DNA from: a virus
Direction: 5' to 3' (one strand)
Virus record (IMG/VR): IMGVR_UViG_3300009194_000008
Location: 34,859-98,858 of that record
Length of the DNA stretch: 64,000 nucleotides
Of the stretch, positions 35,355-44,821 are shown piece after piece. The notes beneath the pieces are model-generated. The model saw nothing but the letters and a program-made list of their open reading frames with translations, had not been told where the DNA came from and ran no database searches. Position numbers and translations under genes: made by a program. Every line of letters begins with the position of its first letter. Positions within the stretch are counted from its first letter, which is position 1.

Positions 35355-35408
35355 GAGGGAAAAATCCTTTTATCGAAGGTAACTATCTCTATAGGAAAAA
35401 CACACCCA

Positions 35409-36440
35409 GTGATCTTTTCGGAGAACGTGATGAATGTCTCGCAATTACACCTCTACAGTATCGGCATTGCGGCGGAGAATAAGCCGCTGTCGACGCGGAA
35501 GTTAAACGTCACCCCTGTCGAGATCTTATCGGCTCTCGATGGGGAGCTTAACTTTGCCCCGCAGGACGATGTCCATGTTGGTCAAGACAGTGACGGTAAC
35601 CGTTATGAGGTGAAATCCACCACCGACATGACTCTGACGGCGGAATGGTACCCCAATGGCACCAACCGCGTTACTCCCCCTGACATCCGTCGTGGTGAGT
35701 TGATCGAGATCTACCGCGTGGCCGACAGTGACCAGTTCCTGTGGCGGTGTATGGGGCTACGGGACGACCTGCGTCGGTTGGAGACCGTGATCTTTGCCTT
35801 TAACGCCTCGCCAAAGGAAGGCACTAAGGGTATCGATCCGGCTACCTGTTACTTTATGGAAGTATCGACCCACAAGAAGACGGTGACCTTCAGTACCTCC
35901 CAAGCCAATGGCGAACCCTTTGGCTATCAGTTCCAGGTTAACGCCAATGATGGACAAATGGTCTTTGAAGACACCATTGGTAATAGCCTGTTCCTGGACT
36001 CCGGTCGGGTGTTCTGGGAGTTGATCAACAGCAACGGCACTGTACTACAATTGGACCACACCAATATCTACGGCAAGGCGGATAACAACATCGACATGCG
36101 GGCTGGCAACGACATGATACTGAAAGCTGGCAATAACATGAAGTTAACGGCCGGTAATCAAATTTACCAAGAAGCTCCGAACCACGCCATTAAATCTTCT
36201 ACTATGACCGTAGAAGCATCCACCCATGACATTACGTGTCCTGCCAGTAGTTACAGCGGGAATGTCAACATCGGCGGTAACTTAGGTCTCGGGGGGAGTA
36301 TCTCTACCGGGACCTCTGGCGGTGGTGGCGATGCTAATATCAACGGTAACATGGATGTCCAGGGGAAGATGGATATTACCGGTACCATTCGGTGTGACCG
36401 ACTGATCGCCAGTACCAGTGTGAGTGCCCCCAACTTGTAA
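35409..36440 (+). CDS. Baseplate/tail-tip spike protein (phiKZ gp164-like)
   Basis: NRVTPPDIRRGE OB-like region followed by beta-helix-like repeats (AGNDM.LKAGNNM.L.AGN); adjacent to sbcC. Confidence 0.6.
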   Translation: MIFSENVMNVSQLHLYSIGIAAENKPLSTRKLNVTPVEILSALDGELNFAPQDDVHVGQDSDGNRYEVKSTTDMTLTAEWYPNGTNRVTPPDIRRGELIEIYRVADSDQFLWRCMGLRDDLRRLETVIFAFNASPKEGTKGIDPATCYFMEVSTHKKTVTFSTSQANGEPFGYQFQVNANDGQMVFEDTIGNSLFLDSGRVFWELINSNGTVLQLDHTNIYGKADNNIDMRAGNDMILKAGNNMKLTAGNQIYQEAPNHAIKSSTMTVEASTHDITCPASSYSGNVNIGGNLGLGGSISTGTSGGGGDANINGNMDVQGKMDITGTIRCDRLIASTSVSAPNL

Positions 36441-36443
36441 GAC

Positions 36444-36480
36444 GACATAAGCCCTCCCCACGATGGGGAGGGCGTTATGC
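36444..36480. terminator. Conserved bidirectional hairpin element
   Basis: GACATAA-GCCCTCCCCA-cga-TGGGGAGGGC-TTATGC. Confidence 0.75.
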
Positions 36481-36489
36481 GTCATGCGA

Positions 36490-38802
36490 TCAGGCCAGTT
36501 GTGCTTGACCTTGGGCGCCGCGGTCTTCCGCTTTACCTTTCACGTCCTTACCGGACTTGGTACCCACTTCCTTGGCCAGGACACTAATGTTGTGTTCCAG
36601 CACCGAGAGGTAGGCGTTGAGGGTACTTACCACGTAGCCGTTGAAGGCACCCGACGGCTGAGTCAGCGTACGGGCAATGCTATTCAGTGACTGAATCATC
36701 GGATTACCGATGCGCGGCATCTTCACCTTCTGGTTAATGGTGTCAGCAACACCATCCAGGCGCTGCTTGGCTTTCTTGTAAACCTCCTTATTGGCATCGC
36801 CCTTTTCGACCTGTTCCAACACTGCCAGCGTGCGCTTAGTGATGTCGTTCATCTCACGCACTGATGGGACGCGGTAGGTCTCGGTCTTTTGGGCACCGGA
36901 AGCACCTTCCAGCTGCACAAACGCCACATTGAAGACATCGCCAAACCGCAGCAGTGAGGTAGCATCCTCGCCGCGGAAAGATCCGTCCTTCGTCATGTTC
37001 CGACGGTCCAGCTGATTGACGTATTGCACCATGGCGTAGTTGCCCGGCAGACGGTGGCTGCGCTGAACACCCGGTACCTTACGCAGTTTGGCTGACAGTT
37101 CGGACTGTTCGGCCTGCGTCTGGTTGGGGAGCTTCTTCAGGTGGCGCTTGGGTACCTGAGCGAAATCACTCAGCGCATCGGCAAATGCCGCTTCCAGCTG
37201 AGTCTGTTCACGTCCAAGGGTACTATCGCGGTGGAACGACAGCTTCTCGATAATACGGGCGGTATCATCAGCGATCCCAGTCGCAATACGCGGGTAATCG
37301 TGATAGATGTATTCCGCGACATCTTCGATGGCAGCCAGACCGCGCGGGTCGTTACCCATGAACTGAGAACCGATGGTCAGACGGGCACTACCGGCAACCT
37401 GGGTCTGAATGCTGGAATCACCCTTCAGGTCGTCCAGACGCTCAGCCAGCTTCTTCGCCCGAGTACGAGTACGGGAAGCCCCACCAGTAACCTTGGTCCA
37501 CATTTCGTAGAGCAGCTCGAAGAGTTTGGCAATGGCGCGTTTGGTCGCCTCAGCCACGGTCTTCATCTTGCTGCCAACCGACTCCATGGAGATGTAGGTC
37601 GCAGTATGACGCGAAGAGATCTGACCGAAAGCTTCCATGGCCGGGATGATCTCGGCATCCTGGAACATCGGGTCCAGACGCTCGATACCCAGACGGATCG
37701 CTTCAGCGGTATCAGCATGCACACCATCGTACTCTTCCATCCCACGATGCAGGATCTCGTAGTAAGCTTCCAGGGACTCGGAAACCTGCTGGAAGTGATC
37801 GATGTCGCTTTCGACCTTGGCAATCTGCTGAGTCTCTTCTTCGAAGTGATCCTCATCACCATCCGCTTCGTCCACGGCGGGGGTCACGTCGGTCTCATCA
37901 CCCACGACATGCTCTTCTGAGGAGACTTCTTCGGTCTGAGCACCCTTGGGGTCAGGATCGACTTGCTCGTCAGACTCCGGGGTCTTCTGCTCGTCACCGG
38001 CTTCGTTTTCATCCAGCTTGGCAACCACCGGCTTCTCGACGTTGGCGTCGGTCTGCTCGTCAGGCTCGATGACCTCATCCTCGGTCGGCGCTTTCGGAGC
38101 CGTCTCGGTGTCCTCAGCGTCGATGTCGTCGTCCTTCTTCTCGGACTCCTCGGTCACGTTCTCTTCCTGAGACACGGTCTCAGTAGCAGCTTCTTCAGCG
38201 GGCTCTTCACGCTCTTCCGTGGCCGGGGTTTCTTCCGCAGTTTCGGTAGCAGCTTCTTCAGCATGCTCTTCGGTAGCGGGCGTCTCTTCCTCACCTTCGT
38301 CGCTGTGTTCCTCGACAGCGGGTTCTTCCTTGCCGGTATCTTCCGCGTCGGTGGTTTCAGCGTGGTCCTCGACGGCCGGTTCCTCAGTAGCAGGCTCTTC
38401 TGCCGCCGGTTCTTCGGCATGTTCCTCGGTGGCCGGGGTTTCCTCGGTAGAAGTTGCTTCTTCAGCAGCCGGGGCTTCTTCAGTGTGGTCTTCTACCGCA
38501 GGCTCTTCAGCAGAAGCGGCTTCTTCGGTAGCGTCTTCGTTGGATACCTTGCCATCGTTATCGGGGACGTGAACTTCTTGATGGCCCTGGTCGATATCCT
38601 TGCCTTCTTCATAGTCGTCAGAGGCAGCATCGATCTCGGCGGTAGCCGGCTTGTCGGTATCGACCTCACCGCTGTCTTCGTTGGTCGCAGTGGAGAAGTC
38701 CTCTTTGGGAGTATCCCCATCTTGGACGATCACCGGAGCGTCGTCGTCACCCTTGCGTTCTTCCATTGAGGCGGCGAGCCATTCACGAATGTTCGTTGAC
38801 AT
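36490..38802 (-). CDS. Internal head protein with long acidic propeptide (phiKZ gp162/163-like)
   Basis: ~340-aa E/A/T-rich repetitive N-terminus; S/A-x-E processing motifs (ASME, ESLE, PAME, ISME) before a conserved helical domain. Confidence 0.7.
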   Translation of the reverse strand: MSTNIREWLAASMEERKGDDDAPVIVQDGDTPKEDFSTATNEDSGEVDTDKPATAEIDAASDDYEEGKDIDQGHQEVHVPDNDGKVSNEDATEEAASAEEPAVEDHTEEAPAAEEATSTEETPATEEHAEEPAAEEPATEEPAVEDHAETTDAEDTGKEEPAVEEHSDEGEEETPATEEHAEEAATETAEETPATEEREEPAEEAATETVSQEENVTEESEKKDDDIDAEDTETAPKAPTEDEVIEPDEQTDANVEKPVVAKLDENEAGDEQKTPESDEQVDPDPKGAQTEEVSSEEHVVGDETDVTPAVDEADGDEDHFEEETQQIAKVESDIDHFQQVSESLEAYYEILHRGMEEYDGVHADTAEAIRLGIERLDPMFQDAEIIPAMEAFGQISSRHTATYISMESVGSKMKTVAEATKRAIAKLFELLYEMWTKVTGGASRTRTRAKKLAERLDDLKGDSSIQTQVAGSARLTIGSQFMGNDPRGLAAIEDVAEYIYHDYPRIATGIADDTARIIEKLSFHRDSTLGREQTQLEAAFADALSDFAQVPKRHLKKLPNQTQAEQSELSAKLRKVPGVQRSHRLPGNYAMVQYVNQLDRRNMTKDGSFRGEDATSLLRFGDVFNVAFVQLEGASGAQKTETYRVPSVREMNDITKRTLAVLEQVEKGDANKEVYKKAKQRLDGVADTINQKVKMPRIGNPMIQSLNSIARTLTQPSGAFNGYVVSTLNAYLSVLEHNISVLAKEVGTKSGKDVKGKAEDRGAQGQAQLA

Positions 38803-38858
38803 GTCAAACTCCTAGGGTTGTGTGGTCGAAACCACGTCAGCTATCCGGCCGGATAGAG

Positions 38859-39476
38859 TTATTCAGGGATGAGTCCGTTTTCTTTCAACAGGGTTTCGGC
38901 AATCGCCAAACGCTGATTGAGTTGGGTCACTTGTTGTTCCAACTCTAAGCGTCGAGCGTAGTCCGTTGTGCGGTTGGTGATGGAAGCCTGACGGGCAGCC
39001 TCATTGACTTCATGTTGCTCGGGACTCACTGTCCCTTTCATGGGGGCCACACTTAATTGCACAGTTGCTTCTTGACCCACCACCTCCGAAACGGCAGTTG
39101 CCACCTGATCACGGACAAACGTCAGGTCTATATAATCGGGTAGAGGGCCTAAAGAGGCACTCAACACCACATGATGGTAATTGCGGTAACTTTGGTCGGG
39201 GAACGAGGCGATGTAACTACTAGGGACATAGATCGGTGCGGTTGTCTCGGAGATTAACGTGACAATCGCTTCATCGTTCTGTCGATCCCGGTCGTAGTCG
39301 CTTTGGGTTAAACCCGACGGCGCGTAGTATGTCTCATATACATCCGTACCTAGGTTGGCTAAGTCAACAAAGCGTCGAATCGCCGCACAGGTATAGACCA
39401 CCCCAGGGGAGGCGGTCCACGGGGCGTTGAGACTATAGACCCCGCGCGTCCCAATCGGCGGAATGGGTGAGGCCAT
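38859..39476 (-). CDS. phiKZ-like conserved hypothetical/virion protein
   Basis: PP.GT.G...L.APW...Y.C.A.R...IYVP.SYI...P...LGPLP; C-terminal coiled coil. Confidence 0.55.
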   Translation of the reverse strand: MASPIPPIGTRGVYSLNAPWTASPGVVYTCAAIRRFVDLANLGTDVYETYYAPSGLTQSDYDRDRQNDEAIVTLISETTAPIYVPSSYIASFPDQSYRNYHHVVLSASLGPLPDYIDLTFVRDQVATAVSEVVGQEATVQLSVAPMKGTVSPEQHEVNEAARQASITNRTTDYARRLELEQQVTQLNQRLAIAETLLKENGLIPE

Positions 39477-39522
39477 GAGAGTTCCTTAATTGAAGTTGAC
39501 GTAAGAAAAAGAATGAGGGTAA

Positions 39523-40836
39523 TTAACCCATCAGTTCTTCCAGATTGGGCTTGCCGACCATCAGGTACGTGACGTTCTCATAAAGCGCCGCCACATACTG
39601 CACCCCATCGCGCGTCAGTCGGGACATGCCCACCGGAATATCACTCACATCAGTTAAGTTCTCCGCCACCCGTGTCATCTCGCCCAACAGGACATAAAAT
39701 TCCTGGGTACGTAACGACATCCGGTTAAAATCGGATGAATCGTTGGTGACGATCATGTAGTCGTCGAATTTCTCTTGGAAGCTGGTAATGCCATCCCGGT
39801 TCTGGGGATTACCCACGACACCGAAAGCCAGGGACTTATAAAGGAGGTTAGACACCTCGTAGTTATCAGCAATCCACTCAGGTGTGTATTTCGGTCCTCG
39901 GGTGGTTTGTTGCAACACGTCGAGGGCGTACTGAGGACGAACTGTCGGACTATACATACCTGCCTGAAGTTCCCGATTAGGTACCGAGTACGTCGTCCAG
40001 AACGGCGTCAGGATAAACTCCGTGGTCAAAAAAAGCTCAGGGAGGATGTTCGTCCACTCTTCCCGAGTATGGGTCGAGTTATCCAGGACGTACTGGATTA
40101 TCGTGTTGCGGATAATATCCGGGTTGACACCCGCTTGACCGTAAACAATTACCATCCAGTGGGTCGGAACCTGAAACGTCTCGTCGAAGGGATTGACATA
40201 ATTGTAACGACGAGCCAGCAGTTGGGTATATGGGTATTCACCCCGATTAGCCTGTACGTCGTTGATCTTCTCAACCAGGTCGTAATCTTCCAACAGAATC
40301 TTAACAGCGATCGGGTCTTTAAAGAAATCGTCCAGCGGTACGACCGGCGGCACCACTTCAATTGAATACCCACCGTACTGGTTCTGAAAGCTCTCGTCCG
40401 ATAACCAAACGGTGATCTCATTATCGTCGGTATGGCCGACAACACTGAAGCGGACCCACTCGGGCATCCGGATGCCATCGACCTCATTGATCTCCCCGGA
40501 AGAGACATCGGAGATGAGGGTTGAGAACTCGGCCTGGAGATTGGTGCGGAACAAGTTCGGGTCACTGACGATGGTTCCCGACACCCCACGGTCCAGCAGG
40601 TACTGACCCACCATCAACACCGTTTCTGCCAGCGGGATAGGCACCGGTGCGTGGTCCCCGTCCTGTTGACTTTCAAATGTAATCAGTGTAGTCTGGGGGG
40701 CAACACCATTGGTATGATAGGTTTTATCCTTGGCAAAGGTTAGGCTGTCACTGGAGATCTCACCAAACGGAGCAACCTGGTCTAACCCGTTGTCGATTAG
40801 AGAAGAAAAATTGAAGAAACCTTTGAGCTGATACAT
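39523..40836 (-). CDS. phiKZ-like virion structural protein
   Basis: MYQLKGF...GE.S..S.TF; W...F..QY; PYT; P.LF...EF..P.W. Confidence 0.6.
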   Translation of the reverse strand: MYQLKGFFNFSSLIDNGLDQVAPFGEISSDSLTFAKDKTYHTNGVAPQTTLITFESQQDGDHAPVPIPLAETVLMVGQYLLDRGVSGTIVSDPNLFRTNLQAEFSTLISDVSSGEINEVDGIRMPEWVRFSVVGHTDDNEITVWLSDESFQNQYGGYSIEVVPPVVPLDDFFKDPIAVKILLEDYDLVEKINDVQANRGEYPYTQLLARRYNYVNPFDETFQVPTHWMVIVYGQAGVNPDIIRNTIIQYVLDNSTHTREEWTNILPELFLTTEFILTPFWTTYSVPNRELQAGMYSPTVRPQYALDVLQQTTRGPKYTPEWIADNYEVSNLLYKSLAFGVVGNPQNRDGITSFQEKFDDYMIVTNDSSDFNRMSLRTQEFYVLLGEMTRVAENLTDVSDIPVGMSRLTRDGVQYVAALYENVTYLMVGKPNLEELMG

Positions 40837-40994
40837 CTGTCATTTCCTTTTATGTGGGCTCACATACAACACGTCTATAAAATCAGACGCCTAGACATAA
40901 GTAGCGATGTCAGAAATAACCAATACATTGGGGTAGTCATGCGTATCACACCCCAAACAGGGGACTTGCCTAGGCAATAACAAGTACTATAAGG

Positions 40995-41384
40995 GTGAGG
41001 TATGACACCAAGGAGAGGGTCATAAAGAACGAGGCATCGATGTTAGTAAACTTTTTTAAGCTGTTGGGGTTTTTTTGGCCGTTTTTCAAGAGTGTAATTT
41101 TCAAAGACCGTCCCGTCAAAGAAGTCCTTCGTGCTAACCGTCAGTTTACCTGGCTGTTCGTCATTCTCATGGGGATTTCGATGACGTTGTTTGTTACGGT
41201 AAGTGCGTTATCGGAAGCAAAGCGCACCTTGGTGGCTACACACCGGGATGTGACCAAGCTCACCCAGACACTCTCTGAAAAAGAACGTCGCCTGGAAACG
41301 CTGCAGCGTCAAATCAAAAACGAGGAACTGTGTACGCCTGATCCTTACGATAAACGCCACCTACTGGAGTTATTAGGAGAGTAA
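40995..41384 (+). CDS. Membrane protein with TM and coiled coil (i-spanin-like)
   Basis: TM WLFVILMGISMTLFVTVSAL followed by a coiled coil; precedes a lipoprotein gene. Confidence 0.5.
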   Translation: MRYDTKERVIKNEASMLVNFFKLLGFFWPFFKSVIFKDRPVKEVLRANRQFTWLFVILMGISMTLFVTVSALSEAKRTLVATHRDVTKLTQTLSEKERRLETLQRQIKNEELCTPDPYDKRHLLELLGE

Positions 41385-41385
41385 T

Positions 41386-41793
41386 ATGTTAAGACCCAGC
41401 TCGTTAGGGCTGGTTTGTCTTCTTCTAACGGGCTGTGTCGTGACCCTCGAAGATCCTCGTCAAACAGGGTCTTCTTCACAACACGTAAGTATTTCTTTAA
41501 TAAACCCCAACGGAACGGAGACAACCGAAAGCCCGCCCCCGGTCGTGGTACACCACACCGAACCTGCTGAACCACCCAAACCAACCACACCTCAATCATC
41601 CTGTCCCATCTTTCAACTCCCCCCGACACGAACGATTCCTAAGATGATGGACCTTAGTGATCCCAACATCTCCACCCGGGAAGATATCGAGATTGCGTTA
41701 GCGACGTATATCAATGACTTAAAAGGCTACATCTCCGATGAACGCGAGCGGTTAGTGCGGCGTCACGAGACTTACCTGGATGCGTGTGGATAA
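41386..41793 (+). CDS. Lipoprotein (o-spanin-like)
   Basis: Lipobox LVCLLLTG/C; Pro-rich linker; C...C pair. Confidence 0.6.
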   Translation: MLRPSSLGLVCLLLTGCVVTLEDPRQTGSSSQHVSISLINPNGTETTESPPPVVVHHTEPAEPPKPTTPQSSCPIFQLPPTRTIPKMMDLSDPNISTREDIEIALATYINDLKGYISDERERLVRRHETYLDACG

Positions 41794-41859
41794 TAGAATT
41801 TCACCCACCCAGGCTATCTTGTAGACGACCCAACTTGTCAGCAAAAAGGATGTTTTACC

Positions 41860-43338
41860 GTGAGCGATGTTACAACGTTAGATGGACTCGTGCTTTATGG
41901 AGATGGTAGCTTTCGTCGGGGTCGTGCCGGCTGGGGATTACACGGGTATACTTTTACCAACACCCCGTTAACCCGTGGTATCGGGATCAAGCAACTACCG
42001 ACCACCAAGGGCTATGCACCAATGGCCCTCGAAGATACCGTAACACCGGTGGAATATCTCGACGCGTTCGGTTCAGTGACCGATACCCCCACCAATAACA
42101 CAGGTGAGCTTCAGGCGGCGATTGAGGCGTTCCGTCTGGCGGAAACGCTGGATGTCACCACTATCTACCTGCTGTTGGATAGCGAGTATGTGCGTAAAGG
42201 TCTGACGCAGTGGGTGAAGAAATGGGTCAAGAATGATTGGCTCACCAAGGATGGCAATCCCGTCGCCAACCGGGGTTATTGGGAAACCTTACTCGGACTG
42301 GAAACCGCCTGGAAAGAAAAAGGCAACAAGGTTGAGTTGGTCTGGATCAAGGGCCATAGTGGTGACGTGGGTAACGACCTAGCGGACCTGAATGCCCGCA
42401 CGGGGTCGGGACAGATTGTCGAGCCCCAGGTACACCGGACAGCACCTGAAGGATATCACAATCCCAAGGTAGAAACCAACCCACTGTTCATGAAGACCCG
42501 GATGTTGTTCAATCTGGGTGGACCGGAGCATCGGACCGAATCTGGTTGTTATTATTACCAATACCAGTTAGGACGCATGCAGACCTACGGTCATAAGCAA
42601 CACGACACTCAAAAAGATCGCCATAATAAAACCGACCTACTGTTGGGTCGACGGATCGCTGATGCCACGTTCTGTGTGATCAAGCTACCAGAGCCGGATG
42701 ACTATCTGGAAACCTTGATTGAGTACCACACCCACCACCACCAGCGTGACATCATCGAACTGGCCATTGCGCGGTTGGATAATGCCTATCGTCCGGCAAC
42801 CTACCAGCGCATTCAACAGTTAGGGAAACCAGCAGTGATCCCCGTGATGGACAACGGCTCATTGCTGACACCCAACGCCGATCTGATCACGAAGACGTTA
42901 GATCCGCCCCGTCTTGCACGGGAAGCGGTTGATAAGTTCGGTATTCTAGAACGTCGACTTAATCAACACCTTGATGGAACGCTCGGGAAAGGTGTCCATG
43001 TGATCGACATCACCGAGTCGTTGTATGGCAAGGAACTGAAGGGCAAAGCGAAAACCAAGGAAGTGGTAGGGTTACACAAGCATATTACCAATAACACCCC
43101 GACTCTGGATGTACCGACGACGTTTAAAGGTCACGACGTGACCCTGAAGCTCGTCTTGGGGGTGGACCTACCGCAACGGAATCCCCTGGCGCGACTCGCC
43201 AGTACCGATACGAAAGTGGAGGTACTTGTTATGGCGGACGGCCCGCTTTGTTACTCCTTCGCCACGGTGTTCAGCACCAGCGAAGGACATGCCATCTACC
43301 AATCACCATACACCCAGTTTGTTCTCCCTAAATCGTGA
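41860..43338 (+). CDS. rnhA: Ribonuclease HI with C-terminal extension
   Basis: YGDGS, TNNTGEL, DSEY, WIKGHSG..GN..AD. Confidence 0.88.
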   Translation: MSDVTTLDGLVLYGDGSFRRGRAGWGLHGYTFTNTPLTRGIGIKQLPTTKGYAPMALEDTVTPVEYLDAFGSVTDTPTNNTGELQAAIEAFRLAETLDVTTIYLLLDSEYVRKGLTQWVKKWVKNDWLTKDGNPVANRGYWETLLGLETAWKEKGNKVELVWIKGHSGDVGNDLADLNARTGSGQIVEPQVHRTAPEGYHNPKVETNPLFMKTRMLFNLGGPEHRTESGCYYYQYQLGRMQTYGHKQHDTQKDRHNKTDLLLGRRIADATFCVIKLPEPDDYLETLIEYHTHHHQRDIIELAIARLDNAYRPATYQRIQQLGKPAVIPVMDNGSLLTPNADLITKTLDPPRLAREAVDKFGILERRLNQHLDGTLGKGVHVIDITESLYGKELKGKAKTKEVVGLHKHITNNTPTLDVPTTFKGHDVTLKLVLGVDLPQRNPLARLASTDTKVEVLVMADGPLCYSFATVFSTSEGHAIYQSPYTQFVLPKS

Positions 43339-43365
43339 CCACACCTTAGTGAAAGGTTTTAATCC

Positions 43366-43794
43366 ATGCGCTTTATCCACAACTACCACTTAGTGAGCAA
43401 AAACCCATTAATGTTCTTATGGTTCATGCTTTGGTACCGAACCCCCGACCAGAGCAAACGAATGTGCGTACTGGCTTCGTTGTACGCCCGACTAATGGAG
43501 TGCCAACCCGACGATCGAGAATGCCTGGAACGCGTCAATCAGGAAATGGGCTTGAGTCGTGATACCAATGCCCTGAAATTTCCAGCGGCGATCAGTCGGT
43601 GGATTTGGAAGAACATCCTACCCATCAAACGGATCGACCTGGAACATGAGGAGCACTACGTAGCCCGCCTGGTGAAGAAGACGCCCTGCTGGTTATGGTA
43701 TGCCGACGCCGAAACCAGATACCAAGACATTCAACGTCTGGTAGAACTGTGTACGGGACGTCAGGAACCCGACCATCTACAAGCTGCGGCTTGA
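43366..43794 (+). CDS. Hypothetical protein
   Basis: RBS and position between rnh and the hairpin. Confidence 0.6.
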   Translation: MRFIHNYHLVSKNPLMFLWFMLWYRTPDQSKRMCVLASLYARLMECQPDDRECLERVNQEMGLSRDTNALKFPAAISRWIWKNILPIKRIDLEHEEHYVARLVKKTPCWLWYADAETRYQDIQRLVELCTGRQEPDHLQAAA

Positions 43795-43804
43795 CGGAAG
43801 AAAC

Positions 43805-43832
43805 GTCCCCTCCTTCGGGAGGGGACTATGTC
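43805..43832. terminator. Conserved hairpin element with cUUCGg loop
   Basis: GTCCCCTCC-ttcg-GGAGGGGAC-TATGTC between convergent genes. Confidence 0.7.
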
Positions 43833-43840
43833 GGCGGTGG

Positions 43841-44686
43841 TTACAGCGCGCGGAGCAATGTACGTTCGGTATGTTTCAATGCCGTGGTGGTATCGATGAC
43901 CCGTGTCTGCATGACTGAGAACCATTCCACCCAGCGAGCCGCGTGTTGCAGGTTGTTGGCGATCTCTGCCATTACCTGTTTACTCGGGGTGGTCTCTTGG
44001 CGATGGATGGCGTCCAGCAACGCCGTAGCGGTCTGCTGCAGGCGTTGCACCTCTTTCACAATCTCCTTGGGATTGGCTTCAGCCCAACGGCGCCGGTTGA
44101 GTTTGTTGACAACGTCCATGGCAGTGACGCAACCATTGTTGTTAACAAAGAGATCCCCAAAGGCCGCTTCGCTGGAACGATTCCCTTCGACCGTCCACCG
44201 TGCTTCCTTCTCGATCAGCGATGCGCGGATCTCGTCACTGTACTCCTTGGACGGCGTTTCCACCCGACGCTCGGACAGGCGTTCCAGGTCATTGAGGTAG
44301 TAGGCCATCAGACGGCTGGTCTTCATCAACACGGAAGGACGGATCCCCGCCATGTATGGGAGGTGTTGTACATAGAGCTCCTGAACATAATCTTCCAGGT
44401 TACCCAGAAATCCTACCGGCTTAGCAACCACGATATCCGCCACATCGGTATAACGCGATTGACGCAATTTGGCACGAACCGAATTGGTATTGATCACTTC
44501 AGGACGCGAGTAGTCCCAGGTGGTGATAAACCGAAATACATCATTCAGACCCGCCTTGAGTTTCGCCATGCGGTTCTGCACCAACGAATGCAGTTCAGAT
44601 ATAGTGTAAGCTTCAGTAGAAACCGTCTGACACGTCTCGATGAACCGGTCGGTCTCGGGGCGTGAGGTAAAGAGTTCGTGCGTCAT
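43841..44686 (-). CDS. Virion (head) protein, phiKZ gp153-like
   Basis: N-terminal VSTEA processing-type motif; divergent from uvsX as in phiKZ-like gene order. Confidence 0.5.
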   Translation of the reverse strand: MTHELFTSRPETDRFIETCQTVSTEAYTISELHSLVQNRMAKLKAGLNDVFRFITTWDYSRPEVINTNSVRAKLRQSRYTDVADIVVAKPVGFLGNLEDYVQELYVQHLPYMAGIRPSVLMKTSRLMAYYLNDLERLSERRVETPSKEYSDEIRASLIEKEARWTVEGNRSSEAAFGDLFVNNNGCVTAMDVVNKLNRRRWAEANPKEIVKEVQRLQQTATALLDAIHRQETTPSKQVMAEIANNLQHAARWVEWFSVMQTRVIDTTTALKHTERTLLRAL

Positions 44687-44821
44687 GATCCCTCCACGGG
44701 TAATGGGACACCAGAGTGTATGTCATTCATATCAATACGGAGTCTACACCGGGAAAATCCACCTAGCTGCGTTATTGAATGACCGTAACCTTCACGTAGT
44801 ACAGCGACAGGATAGTCACAC

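Noticed and set aside
38150-38560. Repetitive DNA resembling an array
   Set aside because: Imperfect in-frame coding repeats of the acidic propeptide; no constant repeat with unique spacers, so not CRISPR
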